Of a stretch of 59,390 nt of DNA, positions 1 through 8,636 are shown one piece after another. A program made the position numbers and the translations under genes. Positions within the stretch are counted from its first letter, which is position 1. Every line of letters begins with the position of its first letter. The stretch comes from an uncultured Elusimicrobia bacterium. GTDB taxonomy: Bacteria > Elusimicrobiota > Elusimicrobia > UBA1565 > UBA9628. Below the pieces are notes generated by a model. That model did no database searches. It was not told the origin of the DNA and saw nothing but the letters and a program-made list of their open reading frames with translations. The stretch lies in contig CAZURZ010000002.1 of the NCBI GenBank assembly GCA_964623465.1, forward strand, positions 1-59,390. The letters run 5' to 3'.

Positions 1-101
1 CCCCCTACACCCTCCTCGCCCCCCCACCCCCCGTTTTTTTTTTTTTGTTTTTTTCTGCCCCGCCCACCCCAAAAACCCCAAAACCTGACACCGACAGGAC
101 G

Positions 102-242
102 TCAGCGTCTTCCGCGGAGGGCGTTGTCTAGGGTCGACTTCGCGGCGCGAGCGCGCAACGGCGTCGGGTTCGCGCGGCTCTCGTAGATGTACATCGCGGC
201 GAGCAGGGCCGCGGGCACCGCGGCGAGAATGGTGTAAGTCAT
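102..242 (-). CDS. small (46 aa) single-pass membrane protein, unknown function (not in the supplied ORF track)
   Basis: ATG at 242-240 has GGAGAA 5 nt upstream. Translation is MTYTILAAVPAALLAAMYIYESRANPTPLRARAAKSTLDNALRGRR, a hydrophobic N-terminus with a basic tail. TGA lies at 104-102, followed on the minus strand by a short hairpin (CCTGTCGGTGTCAGG) and a T/G-rich run. Third codon positions are G/C-biased. Confidence 0.35.
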   Translation of the reverse strand: MTYTILAAVPAALLAAMYIYESRANPTPLRARAAKSTLDNALRGRR

Positions 243-379
243 CGGGGTTCTCCGGATCGGGACGTTTGCCGTCGACGGAGGATAGCCCCGGATTTCAATT
301 CCGTCAAGGGCCGTCTTTAACCGCGAGTTTCCTTGACGGGCCGGGGTTCTCCCCCTATCCTACGGTCACAGGACCGCCT

Positions 380-1516
380 ATGCCGCCCGCACCATTGTTC
401 TTGAGCGCCGCGAGGATCGAAGCCCTCGCGGCTTTTCGTTCGGCGGAGGCGGACGCGGTGACGCTGCACCTGACGGTCGATCCCGGCGGCCTGTATCCGT
501 CGGCCCTGCACCAGCTCGCCGCCGACGCCCGCCGCGATCCGGCCATGAAGCTCCTCGGCCGAGACCTCGAGCGCATCGAGTCCTTCGTGACCAACTCCTT
601 CGTCCCCGGCCCGCACCGCATGGCGGCGGTGTATTCCTGCGCCAAGCGGGGCCTCTTCGAGTGCTTCGGCCTGCCCCAGCCGTTCAAGAACGCCCTGACC
701 GTCGGCCGGACGCTCGATCTGCGTCCGCTCAACGCGTTGCGCGGACAGTATCACCGCTTCGTGGCGCTCCTGCTCGGCGAGAACAAGGCCCGCTTCGTCG
801 AGCTGCACATGGGCGAGGCCGTCGAGCTCGACGCGCTGAACGGAGACTTCGCCGCCCTCGACGGGCTCGGCGTGGTGGCCGCGCGCGCGGCCACGCTCGC
901 CCGGGAGCGGCGCTACGACCGCCTCATCCTCGGCGCGCCGCGCGCGCTCGAGGCGGCCCTGATCCCGCTCCTCGACCCGGCTCTCCAGAAAGACCTGATC
1001 CTGGAGCCGGTGCTCGGGCCCGAGAGGCCGGCGGACGCGGTCCTCGAGCGCGTGCTCCACAACGAGCGGCAGGCTCGACGGGTCCGGGAAAGCGTCCTCG
1101 TGCACCGCCTTCTCGATGAGACGCGCCAAGGAGGCGCCGTGACCGGATTGGACGCCGTCGCGGCCGCGGTCCAGCAGGGCTGCGTCTCGCGCGTGCTCGT
1201 GCGCGACGGCTACGCGAAGATGGGGCGCTCGTGCGGCAAGTGCGGCCATCTCTCGGTCGAGCACCGCTCCTGCCCGTGGTGCTTCCGCCCGACCGACTCA
1301 GTGCTCGACCTGGTCAGCGAGCTGGTCGATCGCGCCCTGTTGATGGGCTGCGAGGTGTACCGCGTCATGCACGACGAACGCTTCGACGGCGTGTGCCGCA
1401 TCGGGGCCGAGCTCAAGGTGCCGGTCGTGAAGCCGGCTCCGGCGCCGACATCGAGGGCGCTCAAAGGCCGCTTCTCGACCAAGGGCGGGCGGCCGTCTCC
1501 CCTGCGGCCCCGCTGA
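380..1516 (+). CDS. eRF1/Pelota-like (bacterial baeRF-type) protein with an embedded zinc ribbon
   Basis: ORF 266..1516; the in-frame ATG at 380 is preferred over TTG at 266. The C-terminal third resembles eRF1/Pelota domain 3 (RQGGAVTGLDAVAAAVQQGCVSRVLVRD ... LVDRALLMGCEVYRV). It is interrupted by CGKCGH-x9-CPWC. No GGQ motif is visible. Confidence 0.55.
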   Translation: MPPAPLFLSAARIEALAAFRSAEADAVTLHLTVDPGGLYPSALHQLAADARRDPAMKLLGRDLERIESFVTNSFVPGPHRMAAVYSCAKRGLFECFGLPQPFKNALTVGRTLDLRPLNALRGQYHRFVALLLGENKARFVELHMGEAVELDALNGDFAALDGLGVVAARAATLARERRYDRLILGAPRALEAALIPLLDPALQKDLILEPVLGPERPADAVLERVLHNERQARRVRESVLVHRLLDETRQGGAVTGLDAVAAAVQQGCVSRVLVRDGYAKMGRSCGKCGHLSVEHRSCPWCFRPTDSVLDLVSELVDRALLMGCEVYRVMHDERFDGVCRIGAELKVPVVKPAPAPTSRALKGRFSTKGGRPSPLRPR

Positions 1517-2050
1517 TCAGCCGGGCTCGCGGCCGAAATACGGCAGCTCCGCGAAGTCCGCCGCCGCGGAGGCCGCGCGGGCGCCGTCCTGCACGTCGCC
1601 GGCCCAGTACAATTCCAGGTCGCCGCCGTCATGCCTGCGCAGGCAGACCACCCAGCTGCGCGCGTTCCCGCCCGACAACAGGCGACGGCGCTCCCGGCTG
1701 AGCAGGACCACGGCGCGGAACTCGTCGAGATCCCACGTCCGGTTGCCGCCGACCGACTGCCCTCCCACGCCCAGGTAGCGCGCGACCATGCGGTGTTCCA
1801 GATCGATGACCACGCGCGAGCGCCCGCGCAGGAACAGCCAGCCCGAGGCCACGAAAATCCCGCCGAGCACGAAGCGCACTCCGGCGATCACGGGGGCGAA
1901 GGGGCGGTCGAACGCCCAGGCCACCACCCCGCTCAGGAACATCGTGCTCATCTCGACGAGGCCGAAGGCCACCAACGCGAGGCCCGCGATCGACGCGGTC
2001 GCGTCCGGCTCCTGACGGATTTCCAGGCGGGAACGGCTGGTCCTGATCAT
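1517..2050 (-). CDS. hypothetical membrane protein
   Basis: 177-aa ORF with two or three hydrophobic helices (IAGLALVAFGLV, FLSGVVAWAF, VLGGIFVASGWLFL) followed by a soluble tail. It abuts the convergent upstream gene with no spacer. No family recognised. Confidence 0.45.
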   Translation of the reverse strand: MIRTSRSRLEIRQEPDATASIAGLALVAFGLVEMSTMFLSGVVAWAFDRPFAPVIAGVRFVLGGIFVASGWLFLRGRSRVVIDLEHRMVARYLGVGGQSVGGNRTWDLDEFRAVVLLSRERRRLLSGGNARSWVVCLRRHDGGDLELYWAGDVQDGARAASAAADFAELPYFGREPG

Positions 2051-2155
2051 CTCGGTGTGGGCCGGAATCCGCCCCGGCCGTCGACGCCAGTGTAGCCCCG
2101 CCCCCGTCGAGAGTCAAGGCCCACGGCCTCGACAGGCGGGCGTCGGCGTGCGGAC

Positions 2156-2587
2156 CTAGAAGTAGCGGCGCACGCCGACCGCGCCGTCGAACGCCCCGCC
2201 TTCCGAAGGCGCGAAGCGCAGGACCGGAGCGATCTCGGCGAAGAACTCGTACGGGCGCTTGGAGTCGAACAGCGACACCCCGCCCACGAAGCGCAGGCCC
2301 GCGAAGGTCCGGCGCTCGGATTTGAGCTTCATGCCCAATCCCGCGTACAACGGAACGCGCAGATCGGGCTTGCGCCGGGGAAGGGCGTCCTCGAACACCC
2401 GCAGCCAATCCGCGCTGCACGTCAGGTCCCCGTCAGAGACGCCGAGGTGGGTCTGGGCGGCCCACCGGCGGTCGATCTCGACCTTGGCGGTGGCGCCGAA
2501 CGGCACGCCCGCGACGACGCCGGCGCCGACGCGGGGTTCCGCGGAGACGGGAGCGGCCAGGACCAGGAGAAGGAGGGCGTGTCTCAT
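2156..2587 (-). CDS. small outer-membrane beta-barrel-like protein with signal peptide
   Basis: Signal peptide MRHALLLLVLAAPVSA, alternating hydrophobic pattern and a C-terminal aromatic residue (...VGVRRYF) typical of OMPs. Confidence 0.5.
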   Translation of the reverse strand: MRHALLLLVLAAPVSAEPRVGAGVVAGVPFGATAKVEIDRRWAAQTHLGVSDGDLTCSADWLRVFEDALPRRKPDLRVPLYAGLGMKLKSERRTFAGLRFVGGVSLFDSKRPYEFFAEIAPVLRFAPSEGGAFDGAVGVRRYF

Positions 2588-2626
2588 GGACCAAGTTTAG
2601 CGGATTTTTAGATACTCTCCCTCGTG

Positions 2627-3391
2627 ATGAAGAGGCTCCTCGCCGCCGTCCTGCTCCTGGCCGCCTGCCAAAGCGTTCCCTACACCAACCGCCGCGCTTT
2701 GCTGCTGGTCTCCCCCGCCGAGGAGACCCAACTCGGCGAGCGCTCCTACCGCGAGGCTCTGTCCAAGGCCAAGCTGTCCGCCGACACGGCCGAGAACGCC
2801 CGACTTCAGCGCGTCGGCGCGCGCCTGGCCAGGGCGGCCAACAAGCCGGACTATGAGTGGGAGTTCACCCTCATCGACGACCCCAAGACGATCAACGCCT
2901 GGTGCCTCCCCGGCGGAAAGGTCGCCGTCTACACCGGCATCCTGCCGGTGACCAAGGACGATGCGGGCTTGGCGGTCGTGCTCGGCCACGAGATCGCCCA
3001 CGCGCTGGCGCGCCACGGCTCCGAGCGCATGAGCCAGGGCCTGCTCGCCCAGCTCGGCGGAGCGGCGCTGACCACCGCGATGGCCCAAAAGCCCGCGGTC
3101 ACGCAGAAGCTGGCCCTGCAGGCGTACGGCCTGGGCGCCAACGTCGGCCTCCTGCTCCCCTTCTCGCGCGGGCACGAGAGCGAGGCCGACCGCATCGGCC
3201 TGCTCATCATGGCCGAGGCCGGCTACGATCCCGGCGAGGCCGTCGGCTTCTGGCAGCGCATGGCCAAGGCGGGCGGCGGCGGTCCGGCGAGCCCCCTCGA
3301 CAAGTACCTGCGCACCCACCCGACCGACGAGCAGCGCGTCGAGGACATCCGAGGCTGGCTGCCCGAGGCTCGCGCCCGGGCCCCTCGCTGA
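2627..3391 (+). CDS. M48-family zinc metalloprotease lipoprotein
   Basis: Lipobox LLLAAC, and the HEIAHALARH (HExxH) zinc motif followed by ESEADRIGL. GTG at 2624 is an alternative start. Confidence 0.85.
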   Translation: MKRLLAAVLLLAACQSVPYTNRRALLLVSPAEETQLGERSYREALSKAKLSADTAENARLQRVGARLARAANKPDYEWEFTLIDDPKTINAWCLPGGKVAVYTGILPVTKDDAGLAVVLGHEIAHALARHGSERMSQGLLAQLGGAALTTAMAQKPAVTQKLALQAYGLGANVGLLLPFSRGHESEADRIGLLIMAEAGYDPGEAVGFWQRMAKAGGGGPASPLDKYLRTHPTDEQRVEDIRGWLPEARARAPR

Positions 3392-3420
3392 AAGACCGTT
3401 TTTCTGGTACACTCTCGCCG

Positions 3421-4449
3421 ATGAGCTCCGCCGCGGCCCCCGGCCCCGACGTCTCCTCCCGCTCCCTGGCCTCGCTCAACGCGATCCTGGCCAAGTACAA
3501 GGATCCGCACCTGCCGAGCGCCCTCTGGCAGCTCGCCAACACGGCGATCCCGTTCTTCATCGTGATGGGCCTGTCCTACTGGACCGCCTACCGGGGCTGG
3601 TGGCCGCTGACCATCCTGCTCGCGATCCCGGCCTCCGGCCTGCTGATGCGCATGTTCATCATCCAGCACGACTGCGGCCACGGCTCCTTCTTCGCCTCCC
3701 AGCGCGCCAACGACATGGTCGGCGCGGTGATCGGCGTCCTCAGCCTCACCCCCTACACCTACTGGAAGAAGACCCACGCCATCCACCACTCGACGTCCGG
3801 GAACCTCGACCGCCGAGGCTACGGCGACATCGAGACGCTGACCGTCAGCGAGTATAAAGCGCTCTCGAAGTGGGGCCGCTGGAAGTACCGCATGTACCGC
3901 TCAGTCCCCGTCCTCTTCTTCATCGGCCCGGCGTTCCATTTCGTCCTGTACCACCGCTGGCCCGGCATCGTTCCCAAGGAGTGGAAGGCCGAGCGCCGCT
4001 CCATCCTGCTCAACGACCTCGCCCTGGCGGCCCTGCTCTATTACGCGTACTGCACGGTCGGCATGAAGCCCTTCTTCCTCGTCCAGCTCTCGGTCGGGGT
4101 GTTCACCGCGATCGCCGGAGTGTGGCTGTTCTACGTCCAGCACCAGTTCGAGGACACCTACTGGAGCAAGGACGAGAAGTGGGACCTCGTCGAGGCCAGC
4201 CTGAAGGGCAGCTCGTACTTCCACCTGCCGAAGTTCTTCCAGTGGATCAGCGGCAACATCGGCTTCCACCATATCCACCACCTCAACAGCCGCATTCCCA
4301 ACTACAAGCTCGAGCGCTGCATGACCGAGAATCCCGTCTTCCAGAACGTTCCCCGCATGACGTTCTGGAGCGCGTTCAAGTGCGTGTCGCTGACCTTGTG
4401 GGACGAGGACCGCAAGAAGCTCGTGGGCTTCCACGCCGTCTCGAACTGA
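3421..4449 (+). CDS. membrane fatty-acid desaturase (three His-box type)
   Basis: His boxes HDCGH, HAIHH and HHIHH with intervening TM helices. ATG at 3421 is in frame within the longer ORF 2857..4449, whose upstream part overlaps the M48 gene. Confidence 0.9.
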   Translation: MSSAAAPGPDVSSRSLASLNAILAKYKDPHLPSALWQLANTAIPFFIVMGLSYWTAYRGWWPLTILLAIPASGLLMRMFIIQHDCGHGSFFASQRANDMVGAVIGVLSLTPYTYWKKTHAIHHSTSGNLDRRGYGDIETLTVSEYKALSKWGRWKYRMYRSVPVLFFIGPAFHFVLYHRWPGIVPKEWKAERRSILLNDLALAALLYYAYCTVGMKPFFLVQLSVGVFTAIAGVWLFYVQHQFEDTYWSKDEKWDLVEASLKGSSYFHLPKFFQWISGNIGFHHIHHLNSRIPNYKLERCMTENPVFQNVPRMTFWSAFKCVSLTLWDEDRKKLVGFHAVSN

Positions 4450-4456
4450 TCGCGCG

Positions 4457-5032
4457 TCAACGCGGCGTGAAGCGGTAGTGGCCGGTCATCCTCCACTCGA
4501 ACAGCACGTCCTCGAGCTTCGGACCTCGCCCGATGTTGTGGACGATCAGGGGCTTCGGGCCTCCGAGCGGATCGGCGACGACGACCCCGATGTGGGTGAG
4601 CCCGGAGCCCAGATCCCAGGTCACCAGGTCCCCGGGCGCGTAATCCGCCCCGTTCCGGCTCATGGGAAGGGACGCGCCCGCGCGCTCGAAAAACGTCCGC
4701 AGGTTCGGCACGCGCCGGTGGTCGATGTTGGGGTCGGGCGTCCGTCTCCCCCACTTCTTCGGATAGGCGGCGAAGTCCTTCTTCATGTCCTCGTGGACGA
4801 GCACCTGCAGGTCGGTCCCGGCCTTGCGGTAGGCGCGGATCACGACGTCGGTGCACACGCCCGTGCCGGCCGGGACGTCTCCTCCGGGATAAGGAATGCG
4901 CACGTAACGGCCGTCATAGACGACGTTGTCCCGGGTCTGCGCCAGCGCGGCCGCCGCCACGGAGTCGAGACCGGCCGGAGCGGGCGACGCGGCCAGGGCG
5001 CAGAGCGTCAGCAGGGCGGCGAGCGGCTTCAC
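4457..5032 (-). CDS. DUF1287-domain secreted protein
   Basis: Signal peptide plus the characteristic DGRYVRIPYPGGDVP..GVCTDVVIRAYR..THIGVV pattern. The GTG start overlaps the upstream stop (GTGA at 5029-5032). Confidence 0.75.
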   Translation of the reverse strand: MKPLAALLTLCALAASPAPAGLDSVAAAALAQTRDNVVYDGRYVRIPYPGGDVPAGTGVCTDVVIRAYRKAGTDLQVLVHEDMKKDFAAYPKKWGRRTPDPNIDHRRVPNLRTFFERAGASLPMSRNGADYAPGDLVTWDLGSGLTHIGVVVADPLGGPKPLIVHNIGRGPKLEDVLFEWRMTGHYRFTPR

Positions 5033-5595
5033 TTCTTGGCTTCGACCGCCGGAAGCAAGGTGGAGATGTCGGGCATGCCCGCGGGCGGCGCCGCCCCGGC
5101 CTTCCCCGCGGGAGCGGCGACGGCCGCTCCGCCTCCCATGTTGGAACCGGACATCCCGATGCCCGTGCCGCCCAGGCGCGAGTAGGCGCCCTGATTCAGG
5201 CGCGGCTGATTGAAGGTCTTGGGCTGGGGCTTAGCCGGCGCAGCCGCGGGAGCGGGGGCGGGAGCCGCCGCGACCGGCGCGGGTTCCGTCTTCGCCTCGG
5301 CCGGCGGCGTCTCTTTCGGCGCCGGCGCGGGCGGGCGCATATCGTCGTCGATCTTGAGCATCATGCCCGACTGGGGCACGGCCGAGAGCGGGGCGTTCTG
5401 AGGGATCTCAGGCTCGGGTTGCTCCTGCCCGCGCGCCGGAAACAGCTTGCGATAGTCTTTCGAGGCCTCGGCCACGGCGGTGACGGCCCTGTTCTCTTGA
5501 TAGAGCCGGTAGGCCCCGAAGGCCACGCCGGCCAGGAACAGGATCAGAAGGCCGACCCGGATCGGACTGATAGGGGGAACATCGTCGTCTTCCAT
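5029..5595 (-). CDS. hypothetical single-pass membrane protein with Pro/Ala-rich region
   Basis: 188-aa ORF with N-terminal TM helix VGLLILFLAGVAFGAY, then a low-complexity PAPAPK/AAPAPAPAAAPAKP region. It is translationally coupled to the DUF1287 gene. Confidence 0.5.
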   Translation of the reverse strand: MEDDDVPPISPIRVGLLILFLAGVAFGAYRLYQENRAVTAVAEASKDYRKLFPARGQEQPEPEIPQNAPLSAVPQSGMMLKIDDDMRPPAPAPKETPPAEAKTEPAPVAAAPAPAPAAAPAKPQPKTFNQPRLNQGAYSRLGGTGIGMSGSNMGGGAAVAAPAGKAGAAPPAGMPDISTLLPAVEAKK

Positions 5596-5628
5596 ATCGC
5601 AGCTAGTGTAGCCGCGCGCGGAAAATTA

Positions 5629-6393
5629 TCAAGCCCTCTTGAAAGCGAAGGGACCGAAGGCCTGCATCACGGGCATGACCTGGATGCGGTTGACGTTCAC
5701 GCGCCGAGGCAGAACCGCGGCCCAATACACGCACTCGGCCACGTCGTCGGCGTTCAAAGGTTCGATGCCCTCATAGGGCTTCTTGGCCTTCGCGGCGTCG
5801 CCCTTGAAGCGCACGAGGGAGAATTCGGTCTCGGCGAGGCCGGGCTCGACCGTGGTGGCGCGGACGTTGGAGCCGAGCAGGTCGGCGCGGAGGTTGAGCA
5901 TGAACTGCCCGACGAAGGCCTTCGTCGCGCCGTACACGTTGCCGCCGGGGTACGGGAAGTCCGCCGCCACCGAGCCGAGCGCGATCACGTGCCCGCGGTC
6001 GCGCGCGAGCATGCCGGGCAGGACGGCCTTCACGGTGTAGAGGAGTCCGTTGCAATTGGCCGCGATCATCGTCTCCCAGTCCTCGACGTCGGCCTTGGCG
6101 GCGCCCTCGAGCCCCAGCGCGAGCCCGGCGTTGGCCACGAGGACGTCGATCGCGGCGAACTCCTCGGGCAAGGACGCGACGGCCTTATCCGTCGCCTTGC
6201 GATCGCGCACGTCGAACTCGAGAACATGGACGCGGGCGCCCAGCTCTTTCTTCAGCGCTTTCAGCCGCTCGCCGCGCCGTCCCGTAGCGATCACACGGGC
6301 GCCTTCTTTTATGAAACGGCGGGCGACGGCGGCGCCGAACCCGGACGTGGCGCCGGTGACGAGAACGGTAAGGGATTTGGGATCGACAGTCAT
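5629..6393 (-). CDS. short-chain dehydrogenase/reductase (YdfG-like NADP-dependent)
   Basis: Cofactor motif TGATSGFG and catalytic YGATK (YxxxK). Internal ATG at 6393 gives an SDR-typical length of about 254 aa. Confidence 0.85.
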   Translation of the reverse strand: MTVDPKSLTVLVTGATSGFGAAVARRFIKEGARVIATGRRGERLKALKKELGARVHVLEFDVRDRKATDKAVASLPEEFAAIDVLVANAGLALGLEGAAKADVEDWETMIAANCNGLLYTVKAVLPGMLARDRGHVIALGSVAADFPYPGGNVYGATKAFVGQFMLNLRADLLGSNVRATTVEPGLAETEFSLVRFKGDAAKAKKPYEGIEPLNADDVAECVYWAAVLPRRVNVNRIQVMPVMQAFGPFAFKRA

Positions 6394-6418
6394 GGCTTGG
6401 ATTCTACTAGAATCCGGC

Positions 6419-6895
6419 ATGGACAGAATTTCTACTTGTCTCTGGTTCGACACCCAAGCCCTCGAGGCCGCGAAGTTCTACGTCTCCGTCTTCAAGAAGG
6501 GCTCCAAGATCGACCGGATCGCCCGCTACACGCCCGGCAGCCGCCGCCCGGCCGGCGAAGTGCTCCTCGTCGAGTTCACGCTCGCCGGGCGCCGCTTCCA
6601 GGCGCTCAACGGAGGCCCCGAGTTCCCCTTCACTGAGGCGGTTTCGCTGTCGGTCCGCTGCAGGACGCAGAAGGAGATCGACTATTACTGGAAGGCGCTC
6701 ACCGCCGGCGGCGGCAAGTCCGTGCAGTGCGGCTGGCTCAAGGACAAGTACGGCCTGTCCTGGCAGATCTACCCTGAGTTCGTCTCCAAGGTGCTGTCCG
6801 GCAAGGACAAGGCCAAGGCGACGCGCGTGATGGGCGAGGTGATGCGGATGGTCAAGCCCGATCTGAAGGCCATCGAAAAGGCCGCGAAAGGTTGA
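6419..6895 (+). CDS. VOC/glyoxalase-fold protein (PhnB / 3-demethylubiquinone methyltransferase-like domain)
   Basis: MDRISTCLWFD..AEEA..FY..F...GG..F.ALNGGP.F.F....S....C..Q.E.D.YW..L pattern. ATG at 6419 is in frame in ORF 6050..6895. Confidence 0.75.
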   Translation: MDRISTCLWFDTQALEAAKFYVSVFKKGSKIDRIARYTPGSRRPAGEVLLVEFTLAGRRFQALNGGPEFPFTEAVSLSVRCRTQKEIDYYWKALTAGGGKSVQCGWLKDKYGLSWQIYPEFVSKVLSGKDKAKATRVMGEVMRMVKPDLKAIEKAAKG

Positions 6896-6948
6896 AGGAA
6901 GTCACCAAGGCGGAGTTCAAGGCGTTCTACTTATCGGCGGCGACAAAC

Positions 6949-6985
6949 AAAAGGCGCCCCGGTCTCTCGACCGGAGCGCCTTTCC
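6949..6985. terminator. bidirectional intrinsic terminator between convergent genes
   Basis: The hairpin GGCGC-c-CCGGT / loop ctctcg / ACCGG-a-GCGCC is flanked by an A-run on one side and a T-run on the other. It lies between the stops at 6895 (+) and 7000 (-). Confidence 0.7.
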
Positions 6986-6999
6986 GTTTATGAAGAAGC

Positions 7000-7485
7000 T
7001 TACTTGAGCTTCGCGAGCTCGGCCTCGAGCTCCTTGTAGTCGCGCTCCTTCGTGATGTCGGCCTCGACCTTCACGAACGCGACCTTGCCGTCGGTGCCGA
7101 TCAGCACCGTCGCGCGCTCGGAGATGTTCGCCGCCGGCTTGAACAGGCCGTAGGCCTTGATCGCCGAGCGGTGCATGTCGGCGAGGAGCGTGTGCTTGAT
7201 GCCGCTCTGCGCCTTGAAGGCCTTGTGGGACCAGACGGAGTCCACGGAGATGCCGAAGACCTGCGCGAACTTCTCGTAGCGCGAGAGGTCGTTGGAGAAG
7301 CAGACGTTCTCCTTCGAGCACGTCGGGGAGAAGTCGAGCGGGTAGAAGAAGAGCGCGACGGGCTTCTTGCCCTTGAACTCGGAGAGCGTCCACTCCTTCT
7401 TCTCGGAGTCGGGCAGCTTGAAGTCGGGAGCGACGGCGCCGACCTTGATCGGCGTGGTATCCGGCGTGGCGGTAGCGGTAGTCAT
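7000..7485 (-). CDS. peroxiredoxin (AhpC/TSA family)
   Basis: VGAVAPDFKLPD...FFYPLDFSPTCS contains the peroxidatic Cys. Length is 161 aa. Confidence 0.9.
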   Translation of the reverse strand: MTTATATPDTTPIKVGAVAPDFKLPDSEKKEWTLSEFKGKKPVALFFYPLDFSPTCSKENVCFSNDLSRYEKFAQVFGISVDSVWSHKAFKAQSGIKHTLLADMHRSAIKAYGLFKPAANISERATVLIGTDGKVAFVKVEADITKERDYKELEAELAKLK

Positions 7486-7536
7486 TGCGTTCTATCTCCT
7501 TTGAGAATCCTCAAAATCCTCGTGTCTGACCCGAAC

Positions 7537-8616
7537 TTAGGCTTTGACGAGCTTGATCTCGAGCGGCTTGGCCGAAGCGTTGCGGATCGAGACCTGGGCG
7601 ACGACCTTCCGGGCGACCTCGCGCAGGGCCTTGGCCGGCGCGGAGTCGGGGTGCGACAGGACGATCGGCTTGCCCTCTTCGGATCCGAGGCCGACCTTCG
7701 GATCCAACGGAATGCCGCCGAGCAGGTCGATGCCGTGGTTCTTCTTGAGGGCCGCGGCGCTGCCCTGCGCGAAGATCTGGCTTTCCTTGGAGCAGTGCGG
7801 GCAGACGAAGCCGGCCATGTTCTCGATCGCGCCGAGGATCGGCACGTTGAGCTTCTTGAACATCGCGACGGCCTTGCGGACGTCCGACAAAGCGATCGAC
7901 TGCGGCGTGGTCACGATGACCGAGCCGGCCATCGGGACGGTCTGGCACAGCGTGAGCTGGACGTCGCCGGTGCCCGGCGGCAGATCGAGGATGAGATAGT
8001 CGAGCTCCCCCCACTTCACATCCTTGAGAAACTGGGTAATCGCGCCGTGAAGCATGGGACCGCGCCAGATGACCGGCGCGTCGGGGTCCATGAGGAACCC
8101 CATGGACATGACTTTAACGCCGTGATTCTGCGCGGGCTCGATCTTGTTGTCGGCTCCGGCGACGGGCTTGTACCCGGAGACGCCCATCATCTGCGGCTGG
8201 TTGGGGCCGTAGATGTCGGCGTCCATCAGGCCGACGCGCGCGCCGTCGAGCGCGAGAGAGACGGCGATGTTGGAGGCGACCGTGGACTTGCCGACCCCGC
8301 CCTTGCCGGCGGCGACGGCGATGAGATTCTTGATCCCGGGAGGCAGGACGTTCTCGAGGCGGGCGTCCTTCTTCACCGAGGCCGTCATGTTGATCTTGAC
8401 CGCGGTCACGCCGGGGACCTTCTTCACGGCGTTCTCGGCCTCGAGCTGCATCATGCCCTTGAGGGGACAGGCCGGCGTGGTGAGCACGTAATCGAAGCTC
8501 ACCACGCCGGCGTCCACGACGAGATTCTGCACCATGCCGAGCGTCACGATGTCCTTGTGAAGCTCCGGCTCGATGCACGTCGACAACGCCTTTAAAATCT
8601 CGTCTTTCGTCGGCAT
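7537..8616 (-). CDS. mrp: Mrp/ApbC/NBP35-family Fe-S cluster carrier ATPase
   Basis: N-terminal DUF59-like region, deviant Walker A GKGGVGKS and the CPHC motif. ATG at 8616 is in frame; the rest of ORF 7537..9492 is antisense to glnN. Confidence 0.9.
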   Translation of the reverse strand: MPTKDEILKALSTCIEPELHKDIVTLGMVQNLVVDAGVVSFDYVLTTPACPLKGMMQLEAENAVKKVPGVTAVKINMTASVKKDARLENVLPPGIKNLIAVAAGKGGVGKSTVASNIAVSLALDGARVGLMDADIYGPNQPQMMGVSGYKPVAGADNKIEPAQNHGVKVMSMGFLMDPDAPVIWRGPMLHGAITQFLKDVKWGELDYLILDLPPGTGDVQLTLCQTVPMAGSVIVTTPQSIALSDVRKAVAMFKKLNVPILGAIENMAGFVCPHCSKESQIFAQGSAAALKKNHGIDLLGGIPLDPKVGLGSEEGKPIVLSHPDSAPAKALREVARKVVAQVSIRNASAKPLEIKLVKA

Positions 8617-8636
8617 GAAACTTATCCCCTCTCTGA

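Noticed and set aside
2857-3420. N-terminal extensions of track ORFs
   Set aside because: The cases are desaturase 2857..3420, Mrp 8617..9492, FecR-domain 19560..20072, MEMO 41960..42658, PorV-like 45136..48081, GT2 36226..36453 and LpxL-type 52206..52928. The extensions overlap neighbouring real genes in other frames and translate to Arg/Pro/Gly-rich sequence. Internal starts with SD sequences or NTGA coupling give family-typical lengths.
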